This document shows positions 1 through 14,239 of a stretch of DNA of 64,000 nucleotides, piece after piece. Both the position numbers and the translations under genes were made by a program. Numbering within the stretch: position 1 is the stretch's first letter; each line of letters starts with the position of its first letter. The stretch is from the human T2T-CHM13v2.0 reference genome, Homo sapiens: the NCBI GenBank assembly GCA_009914755.4, contig CP068257.2:17472001-17536000 (forward strand). Reading direction: 5' to 3'. The notes under the pieces are model-generated. The model was not told the DNA's origin and did no database searches. It saw only the letters and a program-made list of their open reading frames with translations.

Positions 1-3000
1 TAGGTTTACTACAATAGCATATGTAGTAAATTCACATCGAAAGACATTGTAATTCTTAAGAATATTAACATTTTGCTTCCTTTAAATTAGGTAATAATTT
101 TTTTTAATTCCTGTAAATTTATTTGGATTTCTCTGGCAATTCCTTGTTTTCCACTTTTTGTTCTAGAATGAAAGCTCCAATTTAGTTATTTAATCCAAAA
201 ATAATGCTGTTTTTTTTACCTACAAAATAATTATTTTTAAAGCAGTTATTTATACAAAATAATTTAAGTAATACAATCTAAAGTCTATGTCAACCCCTAA
301 CTTGCCAGACAATTTGTAAAGGATTCAAAATATACCTGAACATGAAACTGCATTGGCTTCAAGGCCTATCTAATTACAAATTACACATAGAATTTTAAAA
401 TATTCATATTTGTAAATACTGTAAATTTTCTAAACATTACTATGTCACTATTTTACATACAATCAAGAAAGCATATAATTAAATCTAATTAATATTAATG
501 GTAGCAAAATGAGAAAAATAAACACAAATGAATCCCATTAAGAGCAACAGCCAAATTAAATTTAAAATTTTATTTAAATAACAACCAAAAATATTGCTTT
601 ACCAAAAAAATTAAAAATAATTTAATAATAAAGAGCATAAGTTTTAATTACTTCATGCCACATAATAAATGCAATTTTTAATATTTCAAATAAATATGCC
701 AGTGTATTATAAGAAATTGATAATATAATAGCCTTAGTACAAATAAATAAAATTAAAAAAACTTTAACTTTGGCCAAACTTTTCACAAAAAGCATTTATT
801 CTAGTAAAAAAAAGCGATTTGACAAATATTTAAAAGTATAATTAAAGTGTGAATTGTTAACAAACAGTAAAGGTGCCTCATAGGAATGTAAAAGTAATGT
901 AGAATAGTAATAAGAATAACTAAATCAAAATGTTAGTGATAATTAGAAATTATTAAGTTAAAGTTCTAATCATAAAATATAATGATTTGAACCTATGTTT
1001 TAATTTTATTATTACTGATTTTTTCAACTTTTCATGTCAAATACACTAATTATATCAGCATGTATACTTTTTAAATAAAACTGAATAATGAAATTTAATG
1101 GGCAAGAAGAGGATGAGGGCAGAAATGCCAATGATATTGATCTGAATATGAGACAACTACAGTCACAATAATGTTGACTTTTACTCTTTGGTCTATACAG
1201 AGTCATAGACTCTAAAGTTGAGTTATGATGTTGGCTGAGAATTTCATTAAACGCAAGGAAAGAATGAATTGAACACTTATTGAGTACCAAATGTTACTTA
1301 CCAGATACCTAACTTATTATTTTCTTATTTAATACCAATAGCCATTAGTAATAATCACAAAAGCATCATTTTCATTTCATACATGAAAAAATTGAGGTTG
1401 AGTGAGATTAAATAATATGCTCAGTGTCAACAGATAGACATTTTTGGAATTGAGAGTCAAACAGGCTTGTTGAATTGGACAGTCCCTGCTTTCTTTATTA
1501 ACCAAGATTTTTCTATTTAAGTTCTTTCTAGTTTTTTTGTAAAGATAATAAATTATTTTCAAAAGCTACCTACAGCTGACACACTATTTATCAGGGAAAA
1601 AGGTGGCATGGTACAATACAGTATATCATCCATCCACTGCATAATGCAAAACAGGAGCCATATGGGGGGTAACCATATTAGTATTATTGTTCTCTCCTGA
1701 CTTTGAACAGTAGCTGCAGCTTGAGCCTTAAATAACACAGAGCACAAGTGGTCCCAGGACATTGTACTTTGGTTATACATAGCTAAATTTTGCTGTCACT
1801 GTTTTGGTAAAGATCTAAAACCTCTTGTTCTCTTCAGCACACCCTCGGGATGAGACAAATTTTCTGATTAACTGGCATTTCTCCCTCTCCTGAGTTCTGA
1901 TATTTAGACGTTAAATACTCTTCTTATACTTTGCCTTTTCTCCAGCCATCTATTTAGATGACATCTTTCATACTTAAGTTAAAGATCTTTGAGGATAGGT
2001 AGAGATTGAGCTTTTCACTCTTTTGTATCCCTCACAAAATCCAGGTGTGCCTTGAGCACAACGGGAACCTGACTCGTTGATAGCTAAATTCATTGAAACT
2101 CATGTTTTTGTTTGCTTTCAGCCACCAATCCTCACGATAATATATAATGTCATTTATTTTGTGCAGATGATACATTAGAAAATAACAATGCATAATAATG
2201 CAAGTTCCATTATTTAATGTTTTGTTGATACAGTCTTGATGATGTTAATAAAAATGTATTATCAGGAAGACAGCTTTTGCGTTCATGAAATACAACCCAT
2301 TGTCATTTAGTTGTTGAATGTAATTTGAACTGTTTTCCACGAGCTCATAACCAGTATCAGCTTTTAACATTCAGCAGTAAAACAGAAGCAGCAATAAAAA
2401 TAAAACTTAATATTTTATTCAAAATATTATCATCAAATTATGACTCTTGCATAAGACTGGAGAAGACTTGGTTTCTTTTAAAATTATTTTCTTCCATTTC
2501 CTCAAAAAATTGTTTCTCAATGGATTTATTAATTTTTAGACACATGTAATTAATGTCTCAGAAATTTTAATTTCTTATACAAGTTTTGCCTAAATTTTCA
2601 TAGAATAAAGACATTTTTTCCTGTTTCGTAGTATTTACATTTAAATGAAAGAAATGTAAAAAACATATAATGGAATTAACACTGACTTTTGGAGTTAGAA
2701 GATCTGTTTTAGTGTAGTTTCTTCCATTACATAAAAATTAATCCTTAGCTAAATATTTTTTTTTTGTTTCCTTCAAAATTTAACACACCAGTTACCTGGG
2801 ATTGTTTGTGGAAGTTAAGAAATGTAGATGAGGTGAAAGTGATTTGCATGTTGCAAAATTTACATATCAATTATTTAATTTTGGATATCAGGTGTTTGAC
2901 TATTGAGACTTAGGAAACAGCATAATTTTAGTAATTTGTAAAATTTAATAGTGTTTAATCTTTCTTTTTTTTGGTAGAATTTTGTTGCAGTATTTTTTCC

Positions 3001-3407
3001 AATATTTTTAAGTATGGTAAAACAGACGCAACATATAATTTACCGTCTTATCATTTTTAAGCATACAGTTCAATGGTATTAAATACATTCATAATGTTGT
3101 GCAAATATCACTAAGATCCGTCTTCATAACATTTTTCATTTTTGGAAATCTGAAACTTTATACCCACTAAACAATGACTCTACATTTTCTCAGCCACTGC
3201 CAATGGCCATTCTACTTTGTGACTCTATGATTTGACTACTTTATGTATCTGATATAAGTGGACTCATGAAATACTGGCTTTTTGTGACTTACTTATTTTA
3301 CTGAACATAATGCCCTCCAAGATTATGTATGTTGTAGCATATGTCAGAATGTCTTCTCTTTTTAAGGTTAAATAGTATTACCTGCATAGACTACATTTAT
3401 TACATTT

Positions 3408-3436
3408 TGTTTATTCATTCATTCATTCATTCATTG
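3408..3436. repeat. (TTCA)n microsatellite, about 7 units
   Basis: Direct read: cattcattcattcattcattcattcattg. Confidence 0.9.
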
Positions 3437-3439
3437 ATG

Positions 3440-5640
3440 TTTGAGTTGCTTCTACATTTTAGCTATTGTGAATAATGCTGCTATAAACTGTTCTTTAGGG
3501 TATGTAGTCAGAATTGGAACTGCTGAATTATATGACAATTCTATTTTTAATTTTTGAAGTAACATCTGTACCATTTTATATTCCCACCAACAGTGCACAA
3601 GAGTTCCAATGTTTTCACATCCTTGCCAGTGCTCATTTTCTGTTTTTCATTTGTTTATTTTTGAAAGTAGTCATCCTAATGGATAATAGATAGTATCTAA
3701 TTGTAGATTTTATTTGCATTTTCCTAATGTTTAGTGATGTTGAATATTTTTTCATGTGCTTATTGACCACTTGTCCTTCTTCATCTTCTTTGGAGAAATG
3801 TTTATTCAAGTCCTTTGCCCATTTCTGAATTTTGTTGTTTGATTTATGTGATTGAGTTTTGAGAGTTCTCTACATATTCTATATATTAACCCATTATCAG
3901 ATGTATGACATGTAAATATTTTCTCCCATCCTATGGGTTGCCATTTCACTCTACTGATAGTGTCTGTTAAAGCACACATTTATTAATTTTTATAATGTCC
4001 AACTGTCTATTTTTTATTTTGTTGCCTGCTCATTTGTAGTCATATTTTAAAAGTCAATGCCAAATTTAATGTTGTGAAGCTTTGCACTACATTTTCTCCT
4101 GAAAAGTTTTATAGTTTCAGTCTTACATTTTAGTCTTTGACCATTTGAATTCATTTTTATATATGGTGTTACAAAAGGTTTCAACTTATCATTTTGCATG
4201 TAAACGTCCAGGTTTTCCCTGCACCATTTGTTGAAAACATTATTGTTGCTTTCATTGAATAGTGTTGGTACTCCCATCAATAATTATTTGACTGTATATG
4301 TAAATGTTTATTTCTAGGATCTCTACCTGTTTCATTGGTCTATATGTCTGCCTTTATGCCAGTACCCTAACATTTTGATTACTGTAGCTTTGTAGTGAAT
4401 TTTGAAATCAGGAAATATGAATCCTCCAGCTTTGTTCTTTTTCAATATTATTTTGACTGCTCAGTCTCTTGAGACTATTTATGCAAAATAGGTCATTGGT
4501 ATTTTGATAGGGATTGCATTAAATCTGCAGATCACTTTGGGTACTATAAACAGCTTACTATTAAATCTTTCAATCGATAAATACAAAACATGTTTTTATT
4601 TATTTATGTCTTCTTCAATGTCTTTTGGCATTCTCTTCCAGTTTTTATTGTACAAAACTTTCACCCTCTTGGTTAATGCCTAAGTATTGTATTCTTTACA
4701 TGCTAGTATACACTGAATTATTTTTATAATTTTCTTTTAAGAATGTGCATTATTTTTATGTAAAAATGAAACTTTTTGGTGGTAACTGTATCTTGCTACT
4801 TTGCTGAATTCATGTATTACTTCTAACAGTTTTTTCTGAACTCTTTAGAGTTTTCTAGAGATAAGATCATATCATCTGCAAACAGATAATTTTATTTCGT
4901 TATTTCCAACTGCATGCCTTCATTTATTTTTCTTGTGTGATTACTCTGACTAGAACTTCCTGTACTATGCTGAATAGAAGGGATAAAACTAGTCATGCTT
5001 GCCTTGTTCCTGATTTTAGAGGAAAAGCTTTCAGTCTTTCACCATTATGATGATCACTGTGGGTTTTTAAAAATATATGATTTTATTATGCTGAGGTAGT
5101 TTTCTTCTACTCATAGTTTGTTGTTTTTATCATAAAAACAACAATTATGTCAAATGCTTTTCCGCATCAGTTGAAATGACCATGTGTGTGTGTTTTTCAT
5201 ACTTGGAATGTGGTGTATTACATTAATTATATATGATGAGTCATTATTGCATTCCAGAAACAAATCTCAAATTGTATAGTACTTTGAATTTGAATTTTAG
5301 TACTTTCTTATATTGTATAGTACTTTGAATGAATGTGGTTCTGAGTTTGGTTGGCTAGCGTTTTTACATCAATGTTCACATGAAACATTTGTCTGTAGTT
5401 TTCTTATAATGTCTTTGTCGGGTTTCAATAGCAGGCTAATGTGATTTCTTCTTTTATTTATTGATTGTTTAAGAATGTGTAGTTTATTCATTATTTTATC
5501 TCTGACAATCTCTGCTTCTAAATTAGCATGTTTAGACTATCTGCATTTAAAATGATTATGGCTATAGTTAGATTAATATCTCTAAAGTTTGTTAATGCCC
5601 TTAACAAATTAACAGTAGTTATTTTAAGTGTCCTGCCTGA
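3440..5640 (-). mobile_element. Ancient L1 (L1M-type) fragment in antisense orientation, covering the ORF2 3' half
   Basis: The reverse strand resembles the L1 ORF2 C-terminal and RT-proximal sequence (e.g. ...cctccagctttgttcttttt..., ...atcatatcatctgcaaacag..., ...tgctgaatagaag...). The minus-strand ORF 4047-4280 translates to an ORF2-like peptide (FNKWC.ENL...LKPFVTPY.K.NS). Confidence 0.7.
4047..4280 (-). pseudogene. L1 ORF2 C-terminal remnant (77-aa ORF)
   Basis: The translation VFNKWCRENLDVYMQNDKLKPFVTPYIKMNS... parallels L1 ORF2p [31 protein letters not shown]. Confidence 0.6.
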
Positions 5641-5712
5641 TAATCCCAAAGTGTGTGTTTTATCTAAGTTTGGTTCTTAAGCTTGCTTTTTTAAAAAAAG
5701 AAATTAATATGT

Positions 5713-6089
5713 CTGCATTTGTCCATTCTCACATTCCTATAAGAACTGCCTGAGACTGGGTAATTTATAAAGCAAAGAGGTTTAATTGACTCACAGTTCC
5801 ATATGACTATGGAGGCCTCAGGAAGCTTACAATCATGGCGGAAGGGAAGAAGAGGCATGCACCTTCCTCACAAGGTGGCAGGAGAGAGAACGACCAAAGA
5901 AGTAACTTATCAAACACTTATAAACCATCAGATCTTGTGAGAACTCACTCACTATTATGAGAACAGTATAGAGAAACCTACCACATGATCCAATTACCTC
6001 TACCTGGTCTCTTCCTTGACAGGTAGTAATTATGGGAACTACAACTCAAGATGAGATTTGGGTGGGGACAGGAAGCCTAAACATATCAA
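5713..6089 (-). mobile_element. ERVL-MaLR solo LTR (THE1/MST family)
   Basis: Matches the reverse complement of the THE1 consensus as I recall it: ...ctgcctgagactgggtaatttataaag.aaagaggtttaattgactcacagttcc...ccatcagatcttgtgagaactcactcactat.atgagaacag...caagatgagatttgggtggggaca...aaacatatca. Confidence 0.75.
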
Positions 6090-6829
6090 TACCTAATAAT
6101 GTTTGGTTGAAAGCTGGACATGATGTATTGGGTAACAGTAACTGAGCTAAACAGGCTTTAATGGAAGGTTTTATGTTAGCCTGGCTTGGAGCTGGGCTGT
6201 ATTTAATGTTGGCATTATATGTACACAGATTTCAAATTCCTCTGGTGACCTTATTTTTGTCTCCCCTGTTGATTTTGGGATCCCTTAAGTACTAGTCTCA
6301 TAAAGTCTGTGTCTTGCAGCTATTTCAGCTATAATCCACTGTTTTTCTACTGAGTCTTTACTGGCCTGGGGGTAAATTGTGGGGTAGAGAAACCAGTGTG
6401 TAATCTTATTATTAAATCTCATTCTTTTAATGTATCTATTTTCCTGTGCTGTGACTTTCACAAGTGTTTCTTAGCTTTTCTTCTTCCTTTAGGTGAAACA
6501 GAAAATCTAGAGGATTTTAGACTGGAGAAATTACCTTTTCTTAAGGTGGAATAAGGCTCTAGTTAAACGGTTTCTCTTGGGAGTAAGCCTTTGTTATGGA
6601 GAAGACTTTGGGTGTATTTCAGAACTGTTTCTTTTCCCCTCTCTCTGCCAGAACCAATAGGAAATTATTCTCAGATATTTACTAGGGACTCTTGGAGAGA
6701 TTGCCCATAAATATATATCCTACCCACCTGAAAACTGCAGCCCCTAGTTTATCATTCTTACACCAGTCCACACTTTGCATCTAGTAATTTGTTAATTTGT
6801 TCAACTTGTCAGAAGTGTTTGAACCAGAG

Positions 6830-7400
6830 GAACTCCATTTTATATAGGGGCTGGATAAAATGAGGCTCAGACCCACTTGGCTGCATTCCCAGAAGGTTAG
6901 GCATTCTAAGTCACAGGATGAGATAGGAGGTTGGCTCAAGATACAAGTCGTTAAAGAGGCCCACGAAACCCACCAAAACCAAGATGGCGATGAAAGTGAC
7001 TTCTGGTTGTCCTCACTGCTCATTATATGCTAATTGTAAGTCATTAGCATGCTAAAAGACATTCCCGCCATCACCATGACAGTTTACAAATGCTATGGCA
7101 ATGTCAGGAAGTTACTCTATGTGGTCTAAAAAGGGGATGAACCCTCAGTTCTGGGAATTGCCTTTCCCAGAAAACTCATGAATAATCCACCCCTTATTTA
7201 GCATATAATCAAGAAATAACTATAAGTATAATTAGTTGAGCAGCCCACACCACTGCTCTGCCTATGGAGTGGCCGTTCCTTTATTCCTTTACGATTTTAA
7301 TAAACTTGCTTTAACTTTATGGACTCACCTCCAATTCGTTCTTGCACAAGGTCCAAGAACCCTCTCTTGGGGTCTTGAGTGGGACCCCTTTCTGGTGAAA
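6830..7400 (+). mobile_element. ERV1-type LTR, MER4-like, probably a solo LTR
   Basis: Strong resemblance to the MER4 LTR as I remember it: ccaagatggcg..., tcactgctcattatatgctaatt.taa..cattagcatgctaaaagacat.ccc.cca, acagtttacaaatgc.atggcaa.gtcaggaagttac.ctat.tggtctaaaaagggga.gaaccctcagtt. Also carries the poly(A) signal aataaacttgctttaactt and ends ...gggacccctttctggtg. Confidence 0.5.
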
Positions 7401-7499
7401 AAGTTACCATTCATGTCTTCCTATCAGTGTAGAAAGACAGGGAGAGTCTCCAGGAACTATAAGAATGTAATCAACTTGAGCAATCAGCCTGTTTTATGG

Positions 7500-8640
7500 C
7501 TTTGCAGCCTGTTTTTGTAACCACTCAATGAGTTCTTGCCCACTGCTCAGATGGAGCCAATTTATGAAGACAGGGGAATTGCCATAGAGAAAGAGTTTAA
7601 TTCACACAGAGCCAGCTAAATGGAAGACCAGAGTTTTATTACTCAATTTATCTCTCCCAAAATTTGGAGACTGCGTTTTTTAAGGCTAATTTGGTGAGCA
7701 GTGGGCCAGGGAGTTGGGAGTGCTGATTGGTCAGGTAGGTGACAAAATCAAGAGGGTCAAAGTGGGTACTTTTTCCTGTCTTCTGTTCCTGGGTGGATTC
7801 ACAGAACTGGTTGAGCTAGATTACAGGTCTGGGTGGTGCCAGCTGGCGCTCTGAATGCAGGATCTAGAAAGTATCTTAAGCACCAATATTAGATTTTACA
7901 GTAGTGATATTATTCCTGGGAACAATTGGGGATGTTCTGAATCTAGTGGTCTCTTGCTGCGTGACCCCTAAACCATAATTTCTTATCTTGTGGCTAATGT
8001 GTTAGTCTTACAAAGGCAATCTGGTCACAGGCAAGAAGGGGGCTTGTTTGGGAAAGGGCTGTTACAGTCTGTTTCAAAGTCAAATTATAAATGAAGTTCT
8101 TCCCAAAGTTAGTTCAGCCTATGCCCAGGATAACAAGGCAGGTTGAGGGTTAGAGGTAAGATGGAGTCAGTTAGGTTAAATCTCTTTCACTGCCATAATT
8201 TTCTCACTGTAATAATTTTTTTAAACGGCGGTTTCATTTTTCCCCAAACTCTGTGTAGAATGTGTTCACCTAATTGCCTGGAGCAAGCTCCTAACAGATC
8301 CTAGCAAATTACAGATTAACCCAAGTAAACTTTTCCTATTATCATGCTAAAATCTCCACCCTGTGAAGAGCAACAGCTTCATTATCATAACATGCAACCT
8401 TTGTGTGAGCATAATGACTTACTGCATCTGCTCCCCCCCGGGACCTCTCCTCTACATGCAATGATGCACCCTCTCCCCTCTCACTGCCCCATGAAACCCT
8501 CTTTCAGGGAGACACTGCCTTGGAGAACACACCCCATGCACTCCTTACTTGTGGAAAGTAATAAAATTCCTATTGATCGAAACCTGCATTCTTGTGGAGA
8601 GTCATTTGTTACTCCAGGTAAATGAACTCCCTTTTTTTTG
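7500..8640 (+). mobile_element. Additional LTR/ERV-derived sequence, family unresolved
   Basis: LTR-like organisation, with a second poly(A)-signal-bearing terminus (aataaaattcctattgatcg) at about 8560. I cannot name the family from memory. Confidence 0.3.
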
Positions 8641-8862
8641 GTAACATTCATTTAAGATTCTATGAGATTCTTCTCCTTGTAAGCAGATCTCAGCTCTGAT
8701 TCTCTGCATGGGCACTTTTTTAAGGATTTCCAGATTTCAAGGTAACAATTTGCCCAACAACCTCAGCTCTTCAAGAACCACCACTGATTTTCAGTTTGTA
8801 CAATCATTTCTTGTTAGAAGAATATAAGTGATGACTATTAAGCTCTTTAAAATTGCAGCTGA

Positions 8863-9237
<375 letters not shown>

Positions 9238-10989
9238 TTATCTTTCATAAAATTTGCTTCTGCCTCTGTGAATTTAATTTTTTCTATGTGACATTTTATC
9301 TTTCTTCTATTAATTTTTCAGTTACTTGATAAAAAAAGCTCTTGTAATTTAATACCTTTTCACATCCACTTGTTGGCATTTGAAACATCCTTACATTAAA
9401 TTCTCATGCTACTCGTCTTTTTCTTGCCCAGTGAGAGCCAGTTTAGCTTACACTTGTCAGGAAGCTTCCATTTCCACATTTAACCAATTTAACCATCTAT
9501 GTTCTGCTTTTTTCTATCTGTTGAGCAGGTGCACTTCTGTGAGTTCCTTAACCCTACATTTCACAGTCTTGCTTAGTGGGGCTCAAGGGTCTCAGCTCCT
9601 GCCATGGTGCCTGGCACCTGGTAACACAGTTGATGTTCAGCTGTTACAACATGAATAATCATCATCCAGCAGTAATTATTCACAAAAGTTTATTAAAATA
9701 ATATAACTTTATTATAATATGACTATTTTCCAAATTATTTTTGAGAATGAAGATGATAGGGAAAGGCACCTGTTAACCGAAAAATATAGGCCATTTAAAA
9801 GTCTCTTGTTTTTCTGGTGTCAACAAGTTCAATGTGCACACTGTGCTTTTGAACTATAAACCTGAGTAAAGTACAAGAAACATCTCATTCAATTCTCTCA
9901 ATTTTGAGTTCACTCATTTTAGAGATAGAAAAGTGAGCCCCAAAGAAACAAAGCGAATAGCACAGACTGCACAATCCCATGATTTATAAACCAGTACTCT
10001 TTCATTCTATCACCTTGCCTTCTGACACCTCTGAATAATTTGCTAGTTCTAGACAGATAAATGGAGGCTATGGATTGCTACAATTTTAAGTCAAGGCAGA
10101 CTGGACCAATAACGTTACCAACAATATCCCCCACAGAATTATTTATTACAACTATTCTCTGTTTTGTTCTGCATCAGCAGGTCCATCTGGCAGTAAAGGA
10201 TTGACCAGGTGTTCTGGGAAAAGTTGGCACACGAATGCCTTGAACACTGTGATGTGAGCAGGAGGGGGAGATATTTTCAATGAGAGAAAATTAGATTATT
10301 CTTGATATGTATAAAGGTGCAAGACATTTTTAGGTGATAGCAATTATGAAACATCTTTTTGCTTTATTTGTAGAGGTTTTTTGACTTGGTTTATAAAATC
10401 AGAATGAAGTATAAATATTCAAGGGAACTAGAGTGTCATCCCTATTAGTGTAGAGAATAAACAAAAATCTAGGTAGACATCCTTGAAAATTTGCAGTAAA
10501 ATAAAAAAGGCATATCTCATCAGAACCATTTGTTATTCTAAAGAAAATAATAATAACAAAACCTCTCTCTTGATTAGTCTTTATTAGTTGGTACCTGACT
10601 CAGGGCTTTCAATCAGATGCTCAGAATATAGTTTACAAGTGATCTTTCCCTTACTAAATTGAATTTTGTGGCCCGAATTAGTTAATCCTTTTCCCAAAGT
10701 GAGCAATTTCCTGTGTATTTTAGCTTATCAAAGTCAATGAATGTATTAAGAGGGCAGAATTCATTCTAATACTGCAGAACTTAGACTGAATAACAAATGT
10801 AGTACAAGTCCACTGAGGTTTCAAGCAGTCACTAAGAAGCTGTCACCAGGCAAAGAGAATGTTTCTTTGTGTAGTGAATCCGTACACATTAATGAGAAAC
10901 CTCCATTGCTGGCACCCGCGGTCTGCAATGTCCTTGACTTTCATTATGTAAGAATTAATTCCATGGCAAAGGGCTTTTATCAAGCTTGA

Positions 10990-11215
10990 ATGTGCATACA
11001 GGAGTCCCCCATTATTTGTGGAACATACGATTTTAGGCTCCCAGTGGATGCCTGAAACCACAGATGGTACCGAATCCTATATCCACTATGTTTTCTCCTA
11101 TATATATAGACCTATGATAAAGTTTAATGTATGTTAGGCACAGTAAGATATTAAAACAATAATAATAAATTAGAACAATTATAACAACATACTGTAGTAA
11201 AGTTTTTTTTTTCTT
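10990..11215 (+). mobile_element. Tigger-derived (TcMar) DNA-transposon terminal fragment
   Basis: caggagtcccccattatttgtgg...ccagtggatgcctgaaaccacagatggtaccgaa.cctat...cctatgataaagtttaatgtatgttaggcacagtaagatattaaaacaataataataaattagaacaattataacaa.atactgta matches the Tigger terminal region I recall (cagttgtccccc..ccgcgg..ccagtggatgcctgaaaccgcggatagtaccaaaccctat...). Confidence 0.45.
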
Positions 11216-12379
11216 TCCTTATTAAATCAAGAATTTTCATCCTTTCACTTAAAAGGAAGAAATTTACAGCTTCTCTTTGGCATATCCGAATTACCAGCAT
11301 CATTGTTCTTGCTCTTTGGGGCCATTGTTAAGTAAAATAAGAGCTATTTGAACACAAGTGCTGTGATACCTCAACAATGTATCTGATAACTGAGACGACT
11401 ACCAATTAACTAAGGGGCAGGTGGGCAGGCAGCTTAGAGAGCATGGAGCTGCTGGACAAAGGAATATGAATCTTATCATTTCTGGGTAGAACATAGTTGG
11501 ATGGTGCAAGATAGTATCACACTGCACAAAACAACATGCAACTTAAAACTTATTGCTTATTTCTGGAATTTTCCATTTAATATTTTTGAACTGAGGTTAA
11601 CCCAAACCATGTGTAACTGAAACTGTAGAAATTGAAATCATGGATAAGGAGGAACTAATACTGTATGATATACTGTAAAATATCCAACCACACAATGTTT
11701 CCATACCGCTTTAAGACAGAAAAAAAATAATTTTCTAAGATTTGGTTAATTTTTATTTAACATTTATATTTATGTATTTTAACCTTTTCATCATAATCGC
11801 CTACATTTTCTTTAACCTGTTTCATTTTGAACATTACTTAGTGATTTTAGAAAAAACAACTAAAATGTTAAATCAAAATTGACGAATCTACTATTTAGAA
11901 ACAACATTGACATGTATACCTTTCTTTTATATATGAACATATGTGTTCCTTCACATCTTTTCTAAATATGAATTTTATTATAACTTTTGTAACCTTTCTC
12001 CAACAAATTATTTGCTGGTTTTTAACTTTATTAACGGATAAAGATCTTAAACAGTAATTATCTTAAAAAACAAGAAAATATAAATTCAATTTAAAAAGCA
12101 TCCAAATTACACATATATATTTCCATATGAAATAATTGAATAATTCCTTGGAATGAAAGATGTCAAGCTCTTAGCATCCATATTTCTTCAGCATCTTCTC
12201 TCTTGACCTGCTAATTTTGTTGCCCAGACTATTTTAAATTTGATAGCAATCATAACACTATATTATCCAGTTATATTTCCACCAGGATTTATTCTTGTCT
12301 TTATATTTAAGTAAATTTAATAGTCATTACCAATAAATTACCAAGGCTTCTCCATCCTCAAGTTCTTTATATTATGTTT

Positions 12380-13350
12380 TAGATTGTTGAATTTAATTAC
12401 CAAGAATTTTTCTTCAGAATTACTCATTTTATATTTTCTGACTCTTTTATATTACAGAATGTCAGCCAGTTGCTTTAATTCTTTTATGACTATTGAGATG
12501 GATGTCATATTCTTGGATCACACTTCCTTTTTTTCAAGACTTGGCAATCACTGCTTTACTTATTTTTGGCAAAGAATGTTTCTGTAGAGAAATCTAAAGG
12601 CTAGCCTGATTTTACCCTTATAGCTGATGTTTTCTTACTACTTATGATCTAAAAAATTATTTACTTTAAAGTTCACTGGTTTTGGTGTATATAATATGAA
12701 TCTCAATTTTGGCTTATCTTTATCAACTTTCTTGGTATGTGATATATCCTGAATTCTTAAAAAATTGTTCTGTATATTTTTCCTGTGAATTTAGTTTCTA
12801 TATAATTTAAAATATTTTTTTCCAAGGTATCTCGCTGAATATTATTTGTATTGTTTACTTCAGGGACATCAATTACCTTATGTTGCATCATTTTTGTTTT
12901 TTATATAAATAATATTCTGTATATTGATGTAATATTTTGACTTTCCGTCTACGTTCACTATGATTTCTGAAGCCTTTTCCTCATAACAGCAACTTGATTT
13001 TCCATTGCACTCATTCTGTTTCTTTCAGTTTGTATCTTTCTGTGTTTCAGTTTGTTGACTTCTGTTACTATCTTTACATTACACATCTTTTAGGTAGTTA
13101 TTTTGTGCTGTGATTTTATGTAAGTAATTTTATCATTAATTTCTTTAATAACTCAGTGATTTTAAGGAAGTTGTCTGTTGTTTGCTGTTTAGTTTGTTTT
13201 TGCTTCTGCTATTTTATGTAACGCATTTACTCATATTTTGTGATATTCCTTGTTTTTATAATCATGGATAGTATGAACAGCATTCTGTAGGTCCTATGTG
13301 TTTAATCATAGAGCAATCAAATTGTCTTTGACAGACATCCTAATTTAACT
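12380..13350 (-). mobile_element. Possible ancient L1 (L1M) 5'-region fragment
   Basis: Weak antisense resemblance to the L1 ORF1/ORF2-junction region. Highly diverged and uncertain. Confidence 0.3.
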
Positions 13351-14239
13351 TATACTTCCAGTAGCTTGAGGATGTGTGGTTAGAGAGGTTAAAAGGCTGG
13401 CAAGCATTACAGGGGGCTCTTTTCTGTACTCTAAGTTGCCACTGGATGTACCCTCTCCCTTCTGCCAGGTTTCTGTCACTCCCTCCATGAGGTATCCCTT
13501 GTACTCCCTTCTCAATCCAGTGACTGATTAAGTTAAATGACCAATGTGCAAATTGGAACTCCTTGAAAAAATAAATAAATCAAGATGTTTCAGAACTTGA
13601 AGTTAGAGTACAATGTATGATGGCCATAAGAAATTGAGAAATGCAAGTATATTAAAATTAAAGCCTTTTGTATATCCAAGACACTTTAATAAAAGTGAAA
13701 GCTGGCAGAAGTTACTTGTATTACAAATAATTAAGAGGATTCATATAGTTTTATAAAGACTTCAGAATTCAAAAATAAAAATGCTAAATATATGAATAGA
13801 CTACTGGGGGGTGTAAATGAGCACATTCTTTACAGAATAGTCAATGCGTGTGGCTAACATACATATGAAGAGACGTCCAAAGTCATTGACATTGAAGGAA
13901 GCTGGAAGCAGGACTCTAATGCGATGTCATTTTATACCCATTCAATTGGCAAGTAAGAAGCCTGAAATGCAAAATGTCACAGCAGATAAAGATTGATTCA
14001 TTCTCTCACGCACTTAGGGGAATAGAAAATAGGAACAAAAAATGAACAATCTCTTTGAGTATAAAATACAGCATTATTCTCTAGGGCTGGTAAATTCATA
14101 TAATCTTTGAGACAGAGATGTAGTACAATGACTGTATTTTGACTGTAATAGGCACTCAGTTAGGGACTGTATATCCCAGCTCTCACTGTGGTAGGGAAAG
14201 CCATGTGACTTGTTTACTATTGGAATAAGAGCAACAGTG

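Noticed and set aside
5271-5325. Short local duplication (attgtatagtactttgaat twice, about 35 bp apart)
   Set aside because: It is a small tandem duplication inside the ancient L1 fragment with no further structure. It is noted only as a minor indel.
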